A stretch of 64,000 nucleotides of DNA from Minisyncoccota bacterium (GCA_035546575.1 DASZWN010000002.1:257056-321055); one strand, 5' to 3'; shown: positions 38,816 to 49,204, counted from the first letter of the stretch. The notes: generated by a model not told the origin, from the sequence alone. Program-made: numbers and translations.

Positions 38816-39361
38816 CTAGGCCGACTTTTTGCGAACGACAAATCCCCAATGGTATGCGCCTGCGTCTACTTTTGGCCCGATACTAAACCCGTGTTGCTCA
38901 AAAAGTTTCTGCGCCTTTTCTTGCGTAATAATATGGTCTGGGTGCGGCCCGAGGCCGCCAAACGAGCCTGACCAATCTATAACAAGTGCTCGACCGGTAT
39001 TTTTGAGCACACGGCGCATCTCGGCCAAGCATTCGCCGCGATCCTCCAGGCTAAAAAGCACGTTGGTAAGAAGCACGAAGTCGAACGTACCCGCGGGCAG
39101 GCTCGTGCCGCCGGCCTTTTCTATGTCTCCATGGAGCACCTCTACGTTATTGAGGCCCTCGCTGCTTGCTAAATTTTTGATGCGGGGCAGAAGCTCGCGG
39201 TTGATATCGACCGCCCATACCACCCCGCTCTCGCCTACCGCGCGTGCTGCCGCGCGGGTAAAAAAGCCCGCGCCCGCGCCGAAGTCGGCGACTTTAAGAC
39301 CCTCGTGTATGCCGGCGGCCGCAACCGCCTTGCCCGGATGTAAAAAAGCACTTTCCTCCAT
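38816..39361 (-). CDS. class I SAM-dependent methyltransferase
   Basis: VADFGAGAGFF (motif I) ... VIDW. Confidence 0.8.
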   Translation of the reverse strand: MEESAFLHPGKAVAAAGIHEGLKVADFGAGAGFFTRAAARAVGESGVVWAVDINRELLPRIKNLASSEGLNNVEVLHGDIEKAGGTSLPAGTFDFVLLTNVLFSLEDRGECLAEMRRVLKNTGRALVIDWSGSFGGLGPHPDHIITQEKAQKLFEQHGFSIGPKVDAGAYHWGFVVRKKSA

Positions 39362-39514
39362 TACACACTAGTGTATCACCTCCCAAAAAGGAGGCCCTGG
39401 TTTATCCGAGGAGCATCGAGCCCCAATACGCGTAGCCCACCACAACCACAGCCACAAGCGCAACAACAGCGAGTTCGCTGCCATACTCTTTTTTTACTTT
39501 GTTGATGCGGGCTT

Positions 39515-39964
39515 TCATAGCTTTTGTGTTGAGGCGACCTGGAATGTTCCTACAGTGTCATAGTTCAAGTGAAGCTGGTCTGTAGTTACGGTAACTCCAG
39601 TTAATCGAACATGGTCACCGACGTCCGCGTCGGAGGGATAGTTGAATGTTGTGAGCGCGTAATACTGGCCGGAGTCGGTTTTGAGGCCTATTGCACACTC
39701 CATGGTGTGCGGACCGTCGCCTTTGTGCGGGAGGCATGCAATCGTACCGGTTATAGACTCTGCTGTAGGAGACTTTTTGCCGCCGGCGGTCGGATTGCTA
39801 GAGGTTGAAGTGCTTACAGGCGAGGAGGTGGCAGTATCATGCGAAGAGACTTCTTGGTTAGATGCTATAACGGGTGTTTTTGAGTTATCCCACGATGAGT
39901 AGGCCCAAACGCCCACAAGAGCTAAGACTGCCACTAGAAATCCTGCGAAAAATTGTAACTTCAT
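39515..39964 (-). CDS. secreted hypothetical protein
   Basis: signal peptide or N-terminal TM plus an S/T-rich linker. Confidence 0.45.
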   Translation of the reverse strand: MKLQFFAGFLVAVLALVGVWAYSSWDNSKTPVIASNQEVSSHDTATSSPVSTSTSSNPTAGGKKSPTAESITGTIACLPHKGDGPHTMECAIGLKTDSGQYYALTTFNYPSDADVGDHVRLTGVTVTTDQLHLNYDTVGTFQVASTQKL

Positions 39965-40278
39965 GCACCTATAGACGCATGATTCATGAAATTATTACAA
40001 AAAGAGCCCCCTCGGCCAGGTTTTGGGTCGAGGGAGCATAGACAGGAATTGGATGAGACGACTTCCAGAGCATGATGCCGATCACGGCAATGATGACGAA
40101 GATGACCGCTGCCGCAGCAACAATCAGGTCCCGCCTGGTGATGGGCCGCTTCGTACCCTGGTTGATTTCCATAGCCATGGATCTCTCCCTAGTTACTTTC
40201 CTATCCCTAGGGTAATCCCTCCTGACCATGCTGTCTATATAAAGAGAGCCCGCCGGTTCGGAAACCGGCGGGCAAGAC

Positions 40279-40638
40279 TCATTTCTTTTTCTTGAAGGCG
40301 CGCGTACGCACCTGCGGCTTCTTGGGCCTAAGCTCCGGCGAACGCGGAAAGTCGAAGTGCTGGTCCATCGTCGCCCGAAAGGCCTCCCAGTGCTTCCGGG
40401 TGGTAAGGAACGTCCCCATCACGCTAACCTTGGGGGCTTTCTTGCGGCTATAAAACACAGCCGCAACCATATCTTTGCTGCGGTCGGTTTCGTCCTCGCC
40501 GCAATAGAGCGTCAGGTATGGTGGTCGCGCGACGGAGAGGTCGATGGTCCCAACCGGCGCACCCGACTGTCGCTTGAAGGTGCTTCGGACCTCATTCGCC
40601 GGCCGGACAGGTTCCGGACACACATGTCGCTTGCCCAT
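40279..40638 (-). CDS. hypothetical protein with a basic tail
   Basis: ORF only. Confidence 0.3.
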   Translation of the reverse strand: MGKRHVCPEPVRPANEVRSTFKRQSGAPVGTIDLSVARPPYLTLYCGEDETDRSKDMVAAVFYSRKKAPKVSVMGTFLTTRKHWEAFRATMDQHFDFPRSPELRPKKPQVRTRAFKKKK

Positions 40639-40786
40639 TTAAAAATCTCCCGTGTTGGTGTTCTCCTGCCCTGAGTTATATCAGCTTCTACTACTTTGCA
40701 CCATCAAATACACGAATTTGAAAAATCCATGTAAAGTGTTACCTTTGGCGGCAGTTCCTTACCAAAGAGACAGCGGGAGAAGCCTC

Positions 40787-41296
40787 ATGAAAGCTATATA
40801 TGTCGGGCAACAGCCGGCAAAACGGGACCTCAAGAAAGATAGCATCTTCCTTGCCGGTCCAAGCCCTCGCAAGGACAATATATTTTCCCCTACAGGTTCA
40901 AACCCTGGCGAGAATATCGGTGAGAATTGGCGCCTGGAGGCGCTAGACGTACTTGAGCAACAAAAGTTCAAAGGCATTGTCTATGTGCCGCTCCTTGAGG
41001 ACGGCTCATGGCATACCAACTTTGATATGCAGATGGACTGGGAACTGAAGTATCTCGACTACGCCGACGTGATCGCGTTCTGGGTTCCCCGCAACATGCA
41101 GACACTGCCGGGCCTCACGACCAATATTGAGTACGGCATGTATGTGGACTCCGGCAAGATCGTGTTGGGGTATCCATTCAATGCTCCTCATACGCGTTAC
41201 ATGGCGAGGCTTGCGCAGATGCGCAAGGTTCCAACAGCACAAACGCTCTTTCAGACTCTCTGCCTTGCTATCGACAAGCTCAAGTCCGAAGAGTAA
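40787..41296 (+). CDS. nucleoside 2-deoxyribosyltransferase-like protein
   Basis: IFLAGPSP...VIAFWVP...GMYVD are motifs typical of this fold; start re-derived (RBS GGGAGA). Confidence 0.5.
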   Translation: MKAIYVGQQPAKRDLKKDSIFLAGPSPRKDNIFSPTGSNPGENIGENWRLEALDVLEQQKFKGIVYVPLLEDGSWHTNFDMQMDWELKYLDYADVIAFWVPRNMQTLPGLTTNIEYGMYVDSGKIVLGYPFNAPHTRYMARLAQMRKVPTAQTLFQTLCLAIDKLKSEE

Positions 41297-41350
41297 GGCC
41301 ATGATCGTACAAAAACAGAAGCCGCCCAAAACTCGGGCGGCTTTGATTTT

Positions 41351-41689
41351 TTATATTTTCTTAAACTTGATCCCTACTACACCATATTTTGCTTCCTCAT
41401 CGGCGAAGTAGTACTCGCGCATTTCTTCCACCTTCTTTTCTAAATCGTCTACACCAAACTCTTGGAGCGGGCGCAGGGCAAACAGCTCGCGGAACGATGG
41501 CACATGTAAAAGTTCGGTTACTTCTACCTCTTCTTTCTCTATAAAATCCGGGCGCAGTAAAAAGGTAAGTTGATCGCCTACTTTGATTCTTTGGCGCTTC
41601 TCGTCATTGAGCCGAGACTCGATTATCTGACTCCCCGTCCGTATCCGTGAGAAAGGCTCAAGATGCATCCGCATTTCATGCATATTCAT
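41351..41689 (-). CDS. ASCH (PUA-like) domain protein
   Basis: MHLEPFSRIRTGSQIIESRLNDEKRQRIKVGD. Confidence 0.6.
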   Translation of the reverse strand: MNMHEMRMHLEPFSRIRTGSQIIESRLNDEKRQRIKVGDQLTFLLRPDFIEKEEVEVTELLHVPSFRELFALRPLQEFGVDDLEKKVEEMREYYFADEEAKYGVVGIKFKKI

Positions 41690-41697
41690 AACTTGTG

Positions 41698-42345
41698 CTA
41701 TATACCAACTTGCCCTACACCTCCCGCCTCTTTTCTACATCGTTCACAAAGAGAAGTTCGGCCAATAACTCCAGGAGAGAATATTTGCGGAAAATATATC
41801 CCGCCGTTACTTGCTCGGTCTGAATATAGCGCACCGCATTTAGAGCAGACTTTTGCATTTAGATTCCCCGGTGGAGACACAAAACTTGAAGTGACCGATC
41901 CTCCGAATCCTCCACTAAATACCGAGGAGTTGGCGCCCGAAACTGTTACAAAAGTTTTATCTTCAAGTCTTTCTATTGCTCTTTTTGCCTTTTCCTCAAA
42001 ATTTTTTAGTTCGGCTTGAGCGTGTTCGATGGTGCCCTTTTTCCCTTTAATCTGTTCGAGGAGATTTTTTCCTTCGTCTTCGATATATTTTATGACCTCT
42101 CTACCGTCATCTCTTAGTTTCTGAGCATCCTTCACCATTTGGTTCTTCTGCTTACCGAGTTGTCGATATGCAATAAAACCAAAAGCGAACACGATTCCCC
42201 ATAAAATTGTGATGACCGTAAACAATACGGCAATTGCCGCTAAAATAGTATTTATAGGAGTCCACTGCTGGGTAAGAACTTCGTTGGCTTTTTGTAAAGT
42301 TTCAATAGTCTGCTGAAGAACCAGGATTTGTTGTTCTAGGTTCAT
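41698..42345 (-). CDS. membrane coiled-coil protein with a C-terminal CxxC...CxxC zinc ribbon
   Basis: TM helix, heptad-like region, CSKCG...CERC. Confidence 0.4.
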   Translation of the reverse strand: MNLEQQILVLQQTIETLQKANEVLTQQWTPINTILAAIAVLFTVITILWGIVFAFGFIAYRQLGKQKNQMVKDAQKLRDDGREVIKYIEDEGKNLLEQIKGKKGTIEHAQAELKNFEEKAKRAIERLEDKTFVTVSGANSSVFSGGFGGSVTSSFVSPPGNLNAKVCSKCGALYSDRASNGGIYFPQIFSPGVIGRTSLCERCRKEAGGVGQVGI

Positions 42346-42347
42346 CT

Positions 42348-44846
42348 CTATAAGCAGACAAAGCTTGCTATTGCATCCCCGTCGCGGAGCTTCATTATGC
42401 GTACGCCTTGGGTTGAACGGCTGAGAGATGGGATTTCTACAAGGCCGGTGCGGATCACTTGGCCTTTTTTGGACATTACTACCATCTCGTCTTCGCCTAC
42501 GCCTTCTTCTTTAGACACTACTCTTGCGGCAACAAGCGGGCCTGTTTTTGGAGTCACCTTTACCGTCTTGATGCCCGAGCCGCCGCGGTTTTGTGTTTTA
42601 TATTCCGAGACCGGAGTTGTCTTGCCGTAGCCGTTGCGCGAGACAACAAGCACTTCGAGGTCCTTGCGGCCCTTGGGCACCACATCGGCGCCCACGATGG
42701 TGTCGCCGCCCGATAGCTTCATGCCGCGCACGCCGCCGGCACCGCGACCCATCGCGCGAATGTCGCTTTCTTTAAACCGGATCGACTGCCCTTTTGCCGA
42801 GGAGAGGAATATCTCGTCGCCCTTTTCCACAAGCAGTGCCGCAATGAGCTCGTCGCCCTTTTGGAGCTTGATAGCGATGAGGCCGCTGCGGCGCACATCG
42901 TGGAAACTTGCTGCATCTACCTTCTTAGCGACACCCTGCTTGGTGATCATATAGAGGAACTCCTGCCTACCGGCAGGCAGGTCTCCCCTCCCTTTTTCTA
43001 CTTTACGCATCGGCAAAACGCTGGAGACCTTCTCGGTGTCGGTGAGTGAGAGGAAGTTAACTATCGCCTTGCCCTTGGTCGAGCGTTTGCCCTCCGGGAT
43101 ATCATAGAACTTGAGCTGGTACGCCTTGCCCACATCGGTAAAGAAGAGCAGGTCGCTATGGGTCGAGGTCGTGAGGAATGTCGTTACAAAGTCTTCCTCT
43201 TTTGTGTCGAGGTCTATCACGCCGACACCCCCGCGCTTTTGGCGGCGGAACTCGTCGGGGTTCGTGCGCTTTACGTAGCCGCCTTGGGTGAGCACGAGCA
43301 CAGCCTCCTCGTCGGGTACGAGGTCTTCGAGGTTGATCACTCCTGCGGCGCCCTTCATCACCTTGGTGTTGCGGTCGTCGCCGTACTTCTCGACGATTGT
43401 CTGGATCTCGGTCTTGATAACCGTCATCATCTTTTTCTCCGATGCCAAGAGCGAGGTAAGCTCCTCTATGAGCGCCTGAACCTCTTTCAATTCGTCCTCG
43501 ATCTTTTTGCGCTCAAGGTTTGCGAGCTTTTGGAGGCGCATCTCAAGAATAGCGGTAGCCTGGAGCTCGCTAAACTTGAACTTTTTCATCAGGTTGGCGT
43601 GCGCGTCCTGTACATCTTTCGATGCACGGATTGTTTTGATGATCTCGTCGATGATATCGAGCGCCTTTTTGAGGCCGAGCAAAATGTGCTCACGCGCCTG
43701 CGCGCCCTTAAGGTCAAACTCGGTGCGGCGGCGCACCACCTCCTGGCGATGCTTGATAAACTCTTGGAGAATCCCTTTGAGGCTGAGCGTTTGCGGCACG
43801 CCGTCTACCAGCACCACCATGTTGAAATGGAAGGTGTCCTCAAGCGCGGTGTGCTTGTAAAGATAGTTGAGCACCTTCTGCGGGTGTGCACCTTGTTTAA
43901 GCTCCACCACGACGCGGATGTCTTTGGTGGACTCGTCGCGCAGGCCGCGGATACCCTCGAGCTTTTTGTCGCGCACCAGGTCGGCGATGCGCATGATCAT
44001 GTCGGCCTTGTTAACACGATACGGGATAGAGGTAATCACAATCTGGAAGTTCCCCTTTTTGTCCTCGACAATCTCGGCTACGCCGCGCACCACAACGCCG
44101 CCTTTGCCGGTGGTGTAGGCATGCAATAGATCTTTTTTATTAAATGCGACTGCGCCAACCGGGAAGTCCGGCCCCGTGATGTGCTGCATCAGGTCCTCAA
44201 CCGTTGCGTCTTTGTTTTCTATCAAATGTATGAGCGCGTTTGAGACTTCGGTGAGGTTATGCGGCGGGATCGAGGTTGCCATGCCCACCGCGATGCCGAG
44301 CGTGCCGTTGAGCAAAATGTTTGGCACTGCGGCCGGCAACACCTCGGGCTCCTTAAGGCTGCCGTCGTAGTTGGGGCGCCAGTCGATGGTCTCCTTTTCG
44401 ATATCGCCCAGCAATTGTTCCGCCATGCGCGACATTTTTGCCTCGGTGTAGCGCATTGCCGCGGCCGAGTCGCCGTCGATAGAGCCAAAGTTACCTTGGC
44501 CGAGCACCAGCGGATAGCGCATCGAAAACTCTTGCGCCATTTTTACCATCGCGTCGTACACGGAAGCGTCGCCATGCGGGTGATACTTGCCGAGCACATC
44601 GCCCACCACCAGTGCCGACTTGCGGAAGCGCGCCGAGGGTGTGAGCCCCAAGCGATGCATGGTGTAGAGGATGCGACGGTGCACCGGCTTGAGTCCGTCG
44701 CGCACGTCGGGGAGCGCGCGATCGGTAATCACGCTCATTGCGTAGTCGATAAAGCTCTCGCGCATCTCAGCCGAGATGTTGCGACCTACGATGCCGGTGC
44801 CGCCGTCTGGTCGCGGTTCTTTTTTAATTTCGTCTTGATCAGCCAT
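42348..44846 (-). CDS. gyrA: DNA gyrase subunit A, with an in-frame palindrome A (GDLPAGRQE) in the C-terminal domain
   Basis: catalytic-Tyr region AAMRYTE, QRR loop; full length. Confidence 0.95.
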   Translation of the reverse strand: MADQDEIKKEPRPDGGTGIVGRNISAEMRESFIDYAMSVITDRALPDVRDGLKPVHRRILYTMHRLGLTPSARFRKSALVVGDVLGKYHPHGDASVYDAMVKMAQEFSMRYPLVLGQGNFGSIDGDSAAAMRYTEAKMSRMAEQLLGDIEKETIDWRPNYDGSLKEPEVLPAAVPNILLNGTLGIAVGMATSIPPHNLTEVSNALIHLIENKDATVEDLMQHITGPDFPVGAVAFNKKDLLHAYTTGKGGVVVRGVAEIVEDKKGNFQIVITSIPYRVNKADMIMRIADLVRDKKLEGIRGLRDESTKDIRVVVELKQGAHPQKVLNYLYKHTALEDTFHFNMVVLVDGVPQTLSLKGILQEFIKHRQEVVRRRTEFDLKGAQAREHILLGLKKALDIIDEIIKTIRASKDVQDAHANLMKKFKFSELQATAILEMRLQKLANLERKKIEDELKEVQALIEELTSLLASEKKMMTVIKTEIQTIVEKYGDDRNTKVMKGAAGVINLEDLVPDEEAVLVLTQGGYVKRTNPDEFRRQKRGGVGVIDLDTKEEDFVTTFLTTSTHSDLLFFTDVGKAYQLKFYDIPEGKRSTKGKAIVNFLSLTDTEKVSSVLPMRKVEKGRGDLPAGRQEFLYMITKQGVAKKVDAASFHDVRRSGLIAIKLQKGDELIAALLVEKGDEIFLSSAKGQSIRFKESDIRAMGRGAGGVRGMKLSGGDTIVGADVVPKGRKDLEVLVVSRNGYGKTTPVSEYKTQNRGGSGIKTVKVTPKTGPLVAARVVSKEEGVGEDEMVVMSKKGQVIRTGLVEIPSLSRSTQGVRIMKLRDGDAIASFVCL
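42963..42982. repeat. palindrome A copy (inside gyrA)
   Basis: CCTGCCTACCGGCAGGCAGG. Confidence 0.9.
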
Positions 44847-44855
44847 ACCGAAAAT

Positions 44856-45095
44856 TTAGTATCCAGGAATGAGCGTCTGGTTGCTCGAGCTTGCCGCCTG
44901 CACCGCCTGAAGCGTCGCGGCAGTATTTGCGGTGTTGGTTGGCTGCTGGGAGCCGCTGCCCGCCAAGCGCACACCAAGCGTCGAGATCCACACCACAAAC
45001 ATAACCGCAGTAACAGTGCCGGCCACGCGCAGCGCAATCTGCCGGCGCTCGTGCGTCGATTTTTCTGCCTTTAATTTTTCGATATACGCTTGCAT
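44856..45095 (-). CDS. small membrane protein
   Basis: single TM; weak. Confidence 0.3.
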   Translation of the reverse strand: MQAYIEKLKAEKSTHERRQIALRVAGTVTAVMFVVWISTLGVRLAGSGSQQPTNTANTAATLQAVQAASSSNQTLIPGY

Positions 45096-45101
45096 GATTT
45101 T

Positions 45102-45734
45102 TTAGACGGAGAGCACAATGATCTCGCCCTCTTTGCCGTCGAGATCTTTTTTCTTGACGGTGAGCTTGTCGACTGGCTGTACGTCCTCGGCACCAGCCTC
45201 TTTTAGAAACGCCTTGAGCGCATCTTTGCCGCCCATGTCGCCATAGTGCATCGGAACAATTGCCTTCGGCTCCAATTGTACCGCAAGCTTGTAGGCAGCC
45301 CCGTGGTCAAGCACGCCATCGCCACCTACCGGCAAGAAAAGAATATCGATATTGTCGAGCTCTTGCTTTGCTGCCTGCGGCAACTCCGGCTTGGAGAGCG
45401 CTCCCAAAAAACAGAGGTTCATACCCTCGAGGGCCACACTATATATAGTATTAATCGACGGTGAGCCGCCATACTCGCTCTCTGCACCAAAGCCGCGTAC
45501 CGCAACACCCTTTACCTCGTACTCGCCGGGGCCGGTGATTGCAAACGGCTCGCGGTCGCCAAAAGCGGCATTTTCGATGCCGTTAAAGTCCTCGTGATCG
45601 GTCGAGACGAGCGCGATGTCGGAGCCAAACTTAGACGTTTTGAGGCTGGAATCGCGAGAGGGAGGGTTGAAAGCGAGCGTCAAATCACCCTGCGAAATCT
45701 TAAAACATTCGCCCCCCATGTAGCTGATAACCAT
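45102..45734 (-). CDS. metallo-beta-lactamase-fold hydrolase
   Basis: MBL-fold UPF0173-like core. Confidence 0.75.
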   Translation of the reverse strand: MVISYMGGECFKISQGDLTLAFNPPSRDSSLKTSKFGSDIALVSTDHEDFNGIENAAFGDREPFAITGPGEYEVKGVAVRGFGAESEYGGSPSINTIYSVALEGMNLCFLGALSKPELPQAAKQELDNIDILFLPVGGDGVLDHGAAYKLAVQLEPKAIVPMHYGDMGGKDALKAFLKEAGAEDVQPVDKLTVKKKDLDGKEGEIIVLSV

Positions 45735-45768
45735 ACACTAATTATAGCATATTTTAGGGCGTTTTGCA

Positions 45769-45788
45769 CCTGCCTACCGGCAGGCAGG
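45769..45788. repeat. palindrome A copy (intergenic)
   Basis: CCTGCCTACCGGCAGGCAGG. Confidence 0.9.
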
Positions 45789-45955
45789 CGCCAAAAATTG
45801 AGTGAAAATGAACGCTACCGGTGTAGGGGATTTCTTTTGTTGAAAAAATTATGTGCGGCGATATAGTTGGTAGATGCCCTATAAAACTGACTTTGGTCAG
45901 AAAAGGGACGATACAAGTTCTCGACAACTAAAACTCGTTTAGGGAGACCTCTTAG

Positions 45956-46279
45956 ATGCGACGATTGCTACTCGGCCTTTTCGCCGACGATTCGCTTACC
46001 GAGCCCCCGCACTTTTGCTCTGTGGGGCCGTACGACCCAAAGGAACGCCACCCCGAGGAGCGGGCGGCGTTCAATGCAGTACATGGGGGCAAGAAGCTTC
46101 CGGTATTTTATCAGCCTGATGAGCGGCATGACGACCACGCGCCCAAGCAACAGCAACAGCAGGGCGAGATGGGCTCAACTGGCCAAGGAGACGCTGGTCT
46201 CGGGGATTTACCCGACGACTCGCGTTCATTTGACCGGCCGCGGCAGGTCATGGACGGCGGCTTCGTTCCCGATTTGTAG
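45956..46279 (+). CDS. acidic Gln/Asp-rich hypothetical protein with its own promoter and terminator
   Basis: putative promoter TTGAAA-16-TATAGT about 110 nt upstream, RBS AGGGAGA, terminator 46296-46338. Confidence 0.4.
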   Translation: MRRLLLGLFADDSLTEPPHFCSVGPYDPKERHPEERAAFNAVHGGKKLPVFYQPDERHDDHAPKQQQQQGEMGSTGQGDAGLGDLPDDSRSFDRPRQVMDGGFVPDL

Positions 46280-46406
46280 GGAATAGCTCGATTTCGGCCC
46301 CACCGGCGTTTTGCGTCGGTGGGGCTTCACTCTTTTTACATACCGCATGTGAAGCGCCAAAAAAGCCTTGTGTATAGGCTTATTTTTGTATATCTGCTTA
46401 TTTGAC

Positions 46407-46435
46407 TTGACAAGAATAGTGGGTTGGTATATACT
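46407..46435 (+). promoter_or_regulatory. consensus sigma70-type promoter (TTGACA, 17 nt spacer, TATACT)
   Basis: read directly; followed by an RBS and a 41-codon ORF at 46509. Confidence 0.6.
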
Positions 46436-46508
46436 TGCTATTACCAATCGGCTCGAAAGTTATGCCGTTTGGGTGAACGTCCCTCGAAGAAACCAGAAGG
46501 AGATATCG

Positions 46509-46634
46509 ATGCGCAAGCATCTCATCAATTTTTCCCCAGGTCACGACTTCGGCCACTTGAAAAGCTGGATGTTCTCCACCACGTCGATCGCCGGCGTCGG
46601 CGCCGCCTCGGTACCGTCGTCCCAGGCAGCCTGA
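46509..46634 (+). CDS. 41 aa small ORF (MRKHLINFSPGHDFGHLKSWMF...) with its own promoter, then about 70 nt of untranslated sequence and a terminator; could be a leader peptide or part of an ncRNA
   Basis: RBS AGGAGA 6 nt upstream; terminator at 46701-46745. Confidence 0.3.
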   Translation: MRKHLINFSPGHDFGHLKSWMFSTTSIAGVGAASVPSSQAA

Positions 46635-46775
46635 CCGGAAGCGGCTAGGCCTTCTAGCCATCGCTTGACCGCGAAAATTTGAAGGTATGTGCTAACCCCC
46701 GACCCCCCCAAAGCTAACGCTGCGGGGGGTCACTGCTTTTTTATATAGAGGTTCCAGGCCTGTTTACAACACTGA

Positions 46776-46804
46776 TTGACCAATCTGTCCCCTTCATGTA
46801 GATT
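46776..46804 (+). promoter_or_regulatory. sigma70-like promoter (TTGACC, 17 nt spacer, TAGATT)
   Basis: read directly; upstream of the secreted-protein gene. Confidence 0.45.
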
Positions 46805-46886
46805 TTGCTGGTGCTCCAGTAACTAGTTTTGCTTTTCTGGAGACGACTTGTTTCTTCAACATCTAGAAAGAGGAGGAATACCGGGC

Positions 46887-47243
46887 ATGACCTTGAAAGG
46901 GTTCATGTTGGGAGCTGCCGCGGCTTTTGCCGTAGCTAGCTCTGCTTTCGCCGCGGATACCGCTCATCACGGGACTGGTCCCCCGGCAATCGTCGGGCAT
47001 GCCCTGAAGGATATCCTCGCAGCGGACATCTTCCCCGCGATCAACGTCGACCATGTCATCTCTCTGGCCATCAAGGAAACGAAGCTCGGCTCGATGTCGG
47101 TCGCCGAAGTCTTCCTGTCCCCGGTCGGTCACGCCCCGCCGCTCATCGTCGCGCTCGAAACTGACGATGGTCTCGGCATGTACCTCGAAGGCGACAACGG
47201 CCTCGACCTCAAGAAGGAGCTCGGCCTCACGGCCCTCTCCTGA
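46887..47243 (+). CDS. small secreted protein (118 aa)
   Basis: very strong SD AAAGAGGAGGAAT; signal peptide MTLKGFMLGAAAAFAVASSAFA/AD; terminator at 47281-47335. Confidence 0.5.
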   Translation: MTLKGFMLGAAAAFAVASSAFAADTAHHGTGPPAIVGHALKDILAADIFPAINVDHVISLAIKETKLGSMSVAEVFLSPVGHAPPLIVALETDDGLGMYLEGDNGLDLKKELGLTALS

Positions 47244-47456
47244 TGTAAAGCCCGCGCTCGGCTAAAAGAGCGCAAAAATCCCTCGGCACCATTTGAGCTT
47301 CCCTCTTACGGTGCCGAGGGTATTTCTTTTTATATAATTGCCTTTTAAAACGTTCTGAGGTATAGTCTTTGGTAATAAAGAGCAGGTCGCCCTTTATAAA
47401 AAACACAGCGCATAGGAGTAAATCCCGAACGGGACCCCTATCGTACAAAACAATAT

Positions 47457-48599
47457 ATGGCAAAAACAAAAGAAGCCGTCTTAGACCTGCCTACCGGACA
47501 GGCAGGCGCGGCCGATATCGCAACTACCGAAGCAGTCGCAACCCTCATGCAGGGTCTTTCTGAGCGTGCACCAGAGCCGCCTAAGGAGGGCGATATTGTC
47601 GAGGGTCCGGTCATTGCTCTTGACCGCGCAAAGCTCTACATCGACCTGCCTCCGTTTGGTACCGGCGTAATCTTTGGCCGCGAGTACCTCAACGCGCGAG
47701 AGGTTATCAAGCGCACCAATGTCGGCGACCGCATCGCTGCAAAGGTTATCTCGGTCGACAGTAAAGAGGGCTATATCGAACTTTCTCTCAAAGAGGCTCG
47801 CCAGGCTATTATTTGGGCCGAGGCAGAGTCTGCAGTTAAAGAAAAACGCTTGGTTGAGATCCTCGTTAAAGAGGCAAACAAGGGCGGTCTTATTTTGGAG
47901 TGGCAAGGTATCGCCGGCTTCCTCCCGGCATCTCAGCTCAAGGCTGAGCACTACCCGCGCGTACTCGACGGCGACAAAGACAAGATCCTCGACGAGCTGC
48001 GCAAGCTTGTTGGCACCAAGTTGATGGTCTCTATCATCTCGGCAACTCCTAAGGAGGGCAAACTTATCTTCAGCGAGAAGGGCGTCGACGACAAAGAAAA
48101 GAAGCAGCTCATCGCGTCGTACCAGGTTGGCGACATTGTCGAGGGCGAGATCACCGGCATGGTGGACTTTGGCGCCTTTGTAAAACTTGAGGAGGGTCTC
48201 GAGGGCTTGGTCCATATTTCCGAAATTGACTGGGGCTTAGTAGACGATCCTCGCCACTTCTTTAAGGTGGGCGACAAGGTAAAAGTGAAAATAATTGATA
48301 TTAAAGACGGCAAGATCTCCCTTTCTGCAAAACAGCTTAAGGAAAACCCTTGGCAGACTGCTATCACCAAGTACAACAAGGGCGACAAGGTTGAGGGCGT
48401 GGTTATCAAGTTTAACAAGCACGGCGCGCTCGCCTCGATTGAGGAAGGCATTGCAGGTTTGGTACACGTGAGCGAGTTCGGCAGCGAGGAAAAGCTCCGC
48501 TCAAGCCTCGAGCTCGGCAAGCGCTATCCATTTACCATTTCCCTCTTTGAGCCAAAAGAGATGCGCATGGCGCTCGCCTTTGCGGGAGATAAGAAGTAG
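47457..48599 (+). CDS. rpsA: 30S ribosomal protein S1 (four S1 domains), with a 21 bp variant of palindrome A in the N-terminal extension (LPTGQAG)
   Basis: repeated S1 motifs (GDIVEG...V..F...G..G..HISE). Confidence 0.9.
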   Translation: MAKTKEAVLDLPTGQAGAADIATTEAVATLMQGLSERAPEPPKEGDIVEGPVIALDRAKLYIDLPPFGTGVIFGREYLNAREVIKRTNVGDRIAAKVISVDSKEGYIELSLKEARQAIIWAEAESAVKEKRLVEILVKEANKGGLILEWQGIAGFLPASQLKAEHYPRVLDGDKDKILDELRKLVGTKLMVSIISATPKEGKLIFSEKGVDDKEKKQLIASYQVGDIVEGEITGMVDFGAFVKLEEGLEGLVHISEIDWGLVDDPRHFFKVGDKVKVKIIDIKDGKISLSAKQLKENPWQTAITKYNKGDKVEGVVIKFNKHGALASIEEGIAGLVHVSEFGSEEKLRSSLELGKRYPFTISLFEPKEMRMALAFAGDKK

Positions 48600-48602
48600 C
48601 CG

Positions 48603-48630
48603 AAAAATCTTTTCTCAAAAAGATTTTTCT
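48603..48630. terminator. bidirectional terminator between rpsA and pth
   Basis: AAAAATCTTTTCTCAAAAAGATTTTT. Confidence 0.75.
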
Positions 48631-48631
48631 G

Positions 48632-49204
48632 CTACTTTGAGTGTATCTGCATCATCGCGGCATCTACACCTTCTTTCAGGATTATTTCCAGCGCCTCGCT
48701 CACTACTTTTTTTGCTTTTTTGAGCTTTTCTTGCTCTGCGGGTTTAAATTTGCCGAGTACAAAGTCCACTATCTTCTCGGCATCAGGCCGCTTGAGCTTG
48801 CCCGAGGGAGTTGTAGGGCTGATCCCCACACGCACACGCACAAAGTCCTGCGTCTTGAGCGCTTTAATCACCGACTTAACGCCGTTATGGCCGCCTGCGC
48901 TGGAGCCAAACGAGATTTTGACTCTCCCCAGCGGCAAATCGAGCTCATCATGCACCACAATAAGCCTCTGCGCAGCGGCTTTAGAGGGCACCATCTTTTT
49001 TAAAGGGCCGCCAGAGTTGTTCATATATACATCGGGCGTTATAAGCGTGGCTTTAACGCCAAACAGGCTTCCCTGCCTACCGGCAGGCAGGCCTTTTTCG
49101 CCCTCTTTCTTCTCTATATCGCGCAAAAAGTCGCGACCGATGTTGTGGCGCGTGCCTACGTACTCTTCATCTGGATTTCCGAGGCCTGCTACTACCCATT
49201 GCAT
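48632..49204 (-). CDS. pth: peptidyl-tRNA hydrolase, with an in-frame palindrome A (KGLPAGRQGS)
   Basis: GLGNPDEEYVGTRHNIG, HDELDLPLG, GGHNG. Confidence 0.9.
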   Translation of the reverse strand: MQWVVAGLGNPDEEYVGTRHNIGRDFLRDIEKKEGEKGLPAGRQGSLFGVKATLITPDVYMNNSGGPLKKMVPSKAAAQRLIVVHDELDLPLGRVKISFGSSAGGHNGVKSVIKALKTQDFVRVRVGISPTTPSGKLKRPDAEKIVDFVLGKFKPAEQEKLKKAKKVVSEALEIILKEGVDAAMMQIHSK

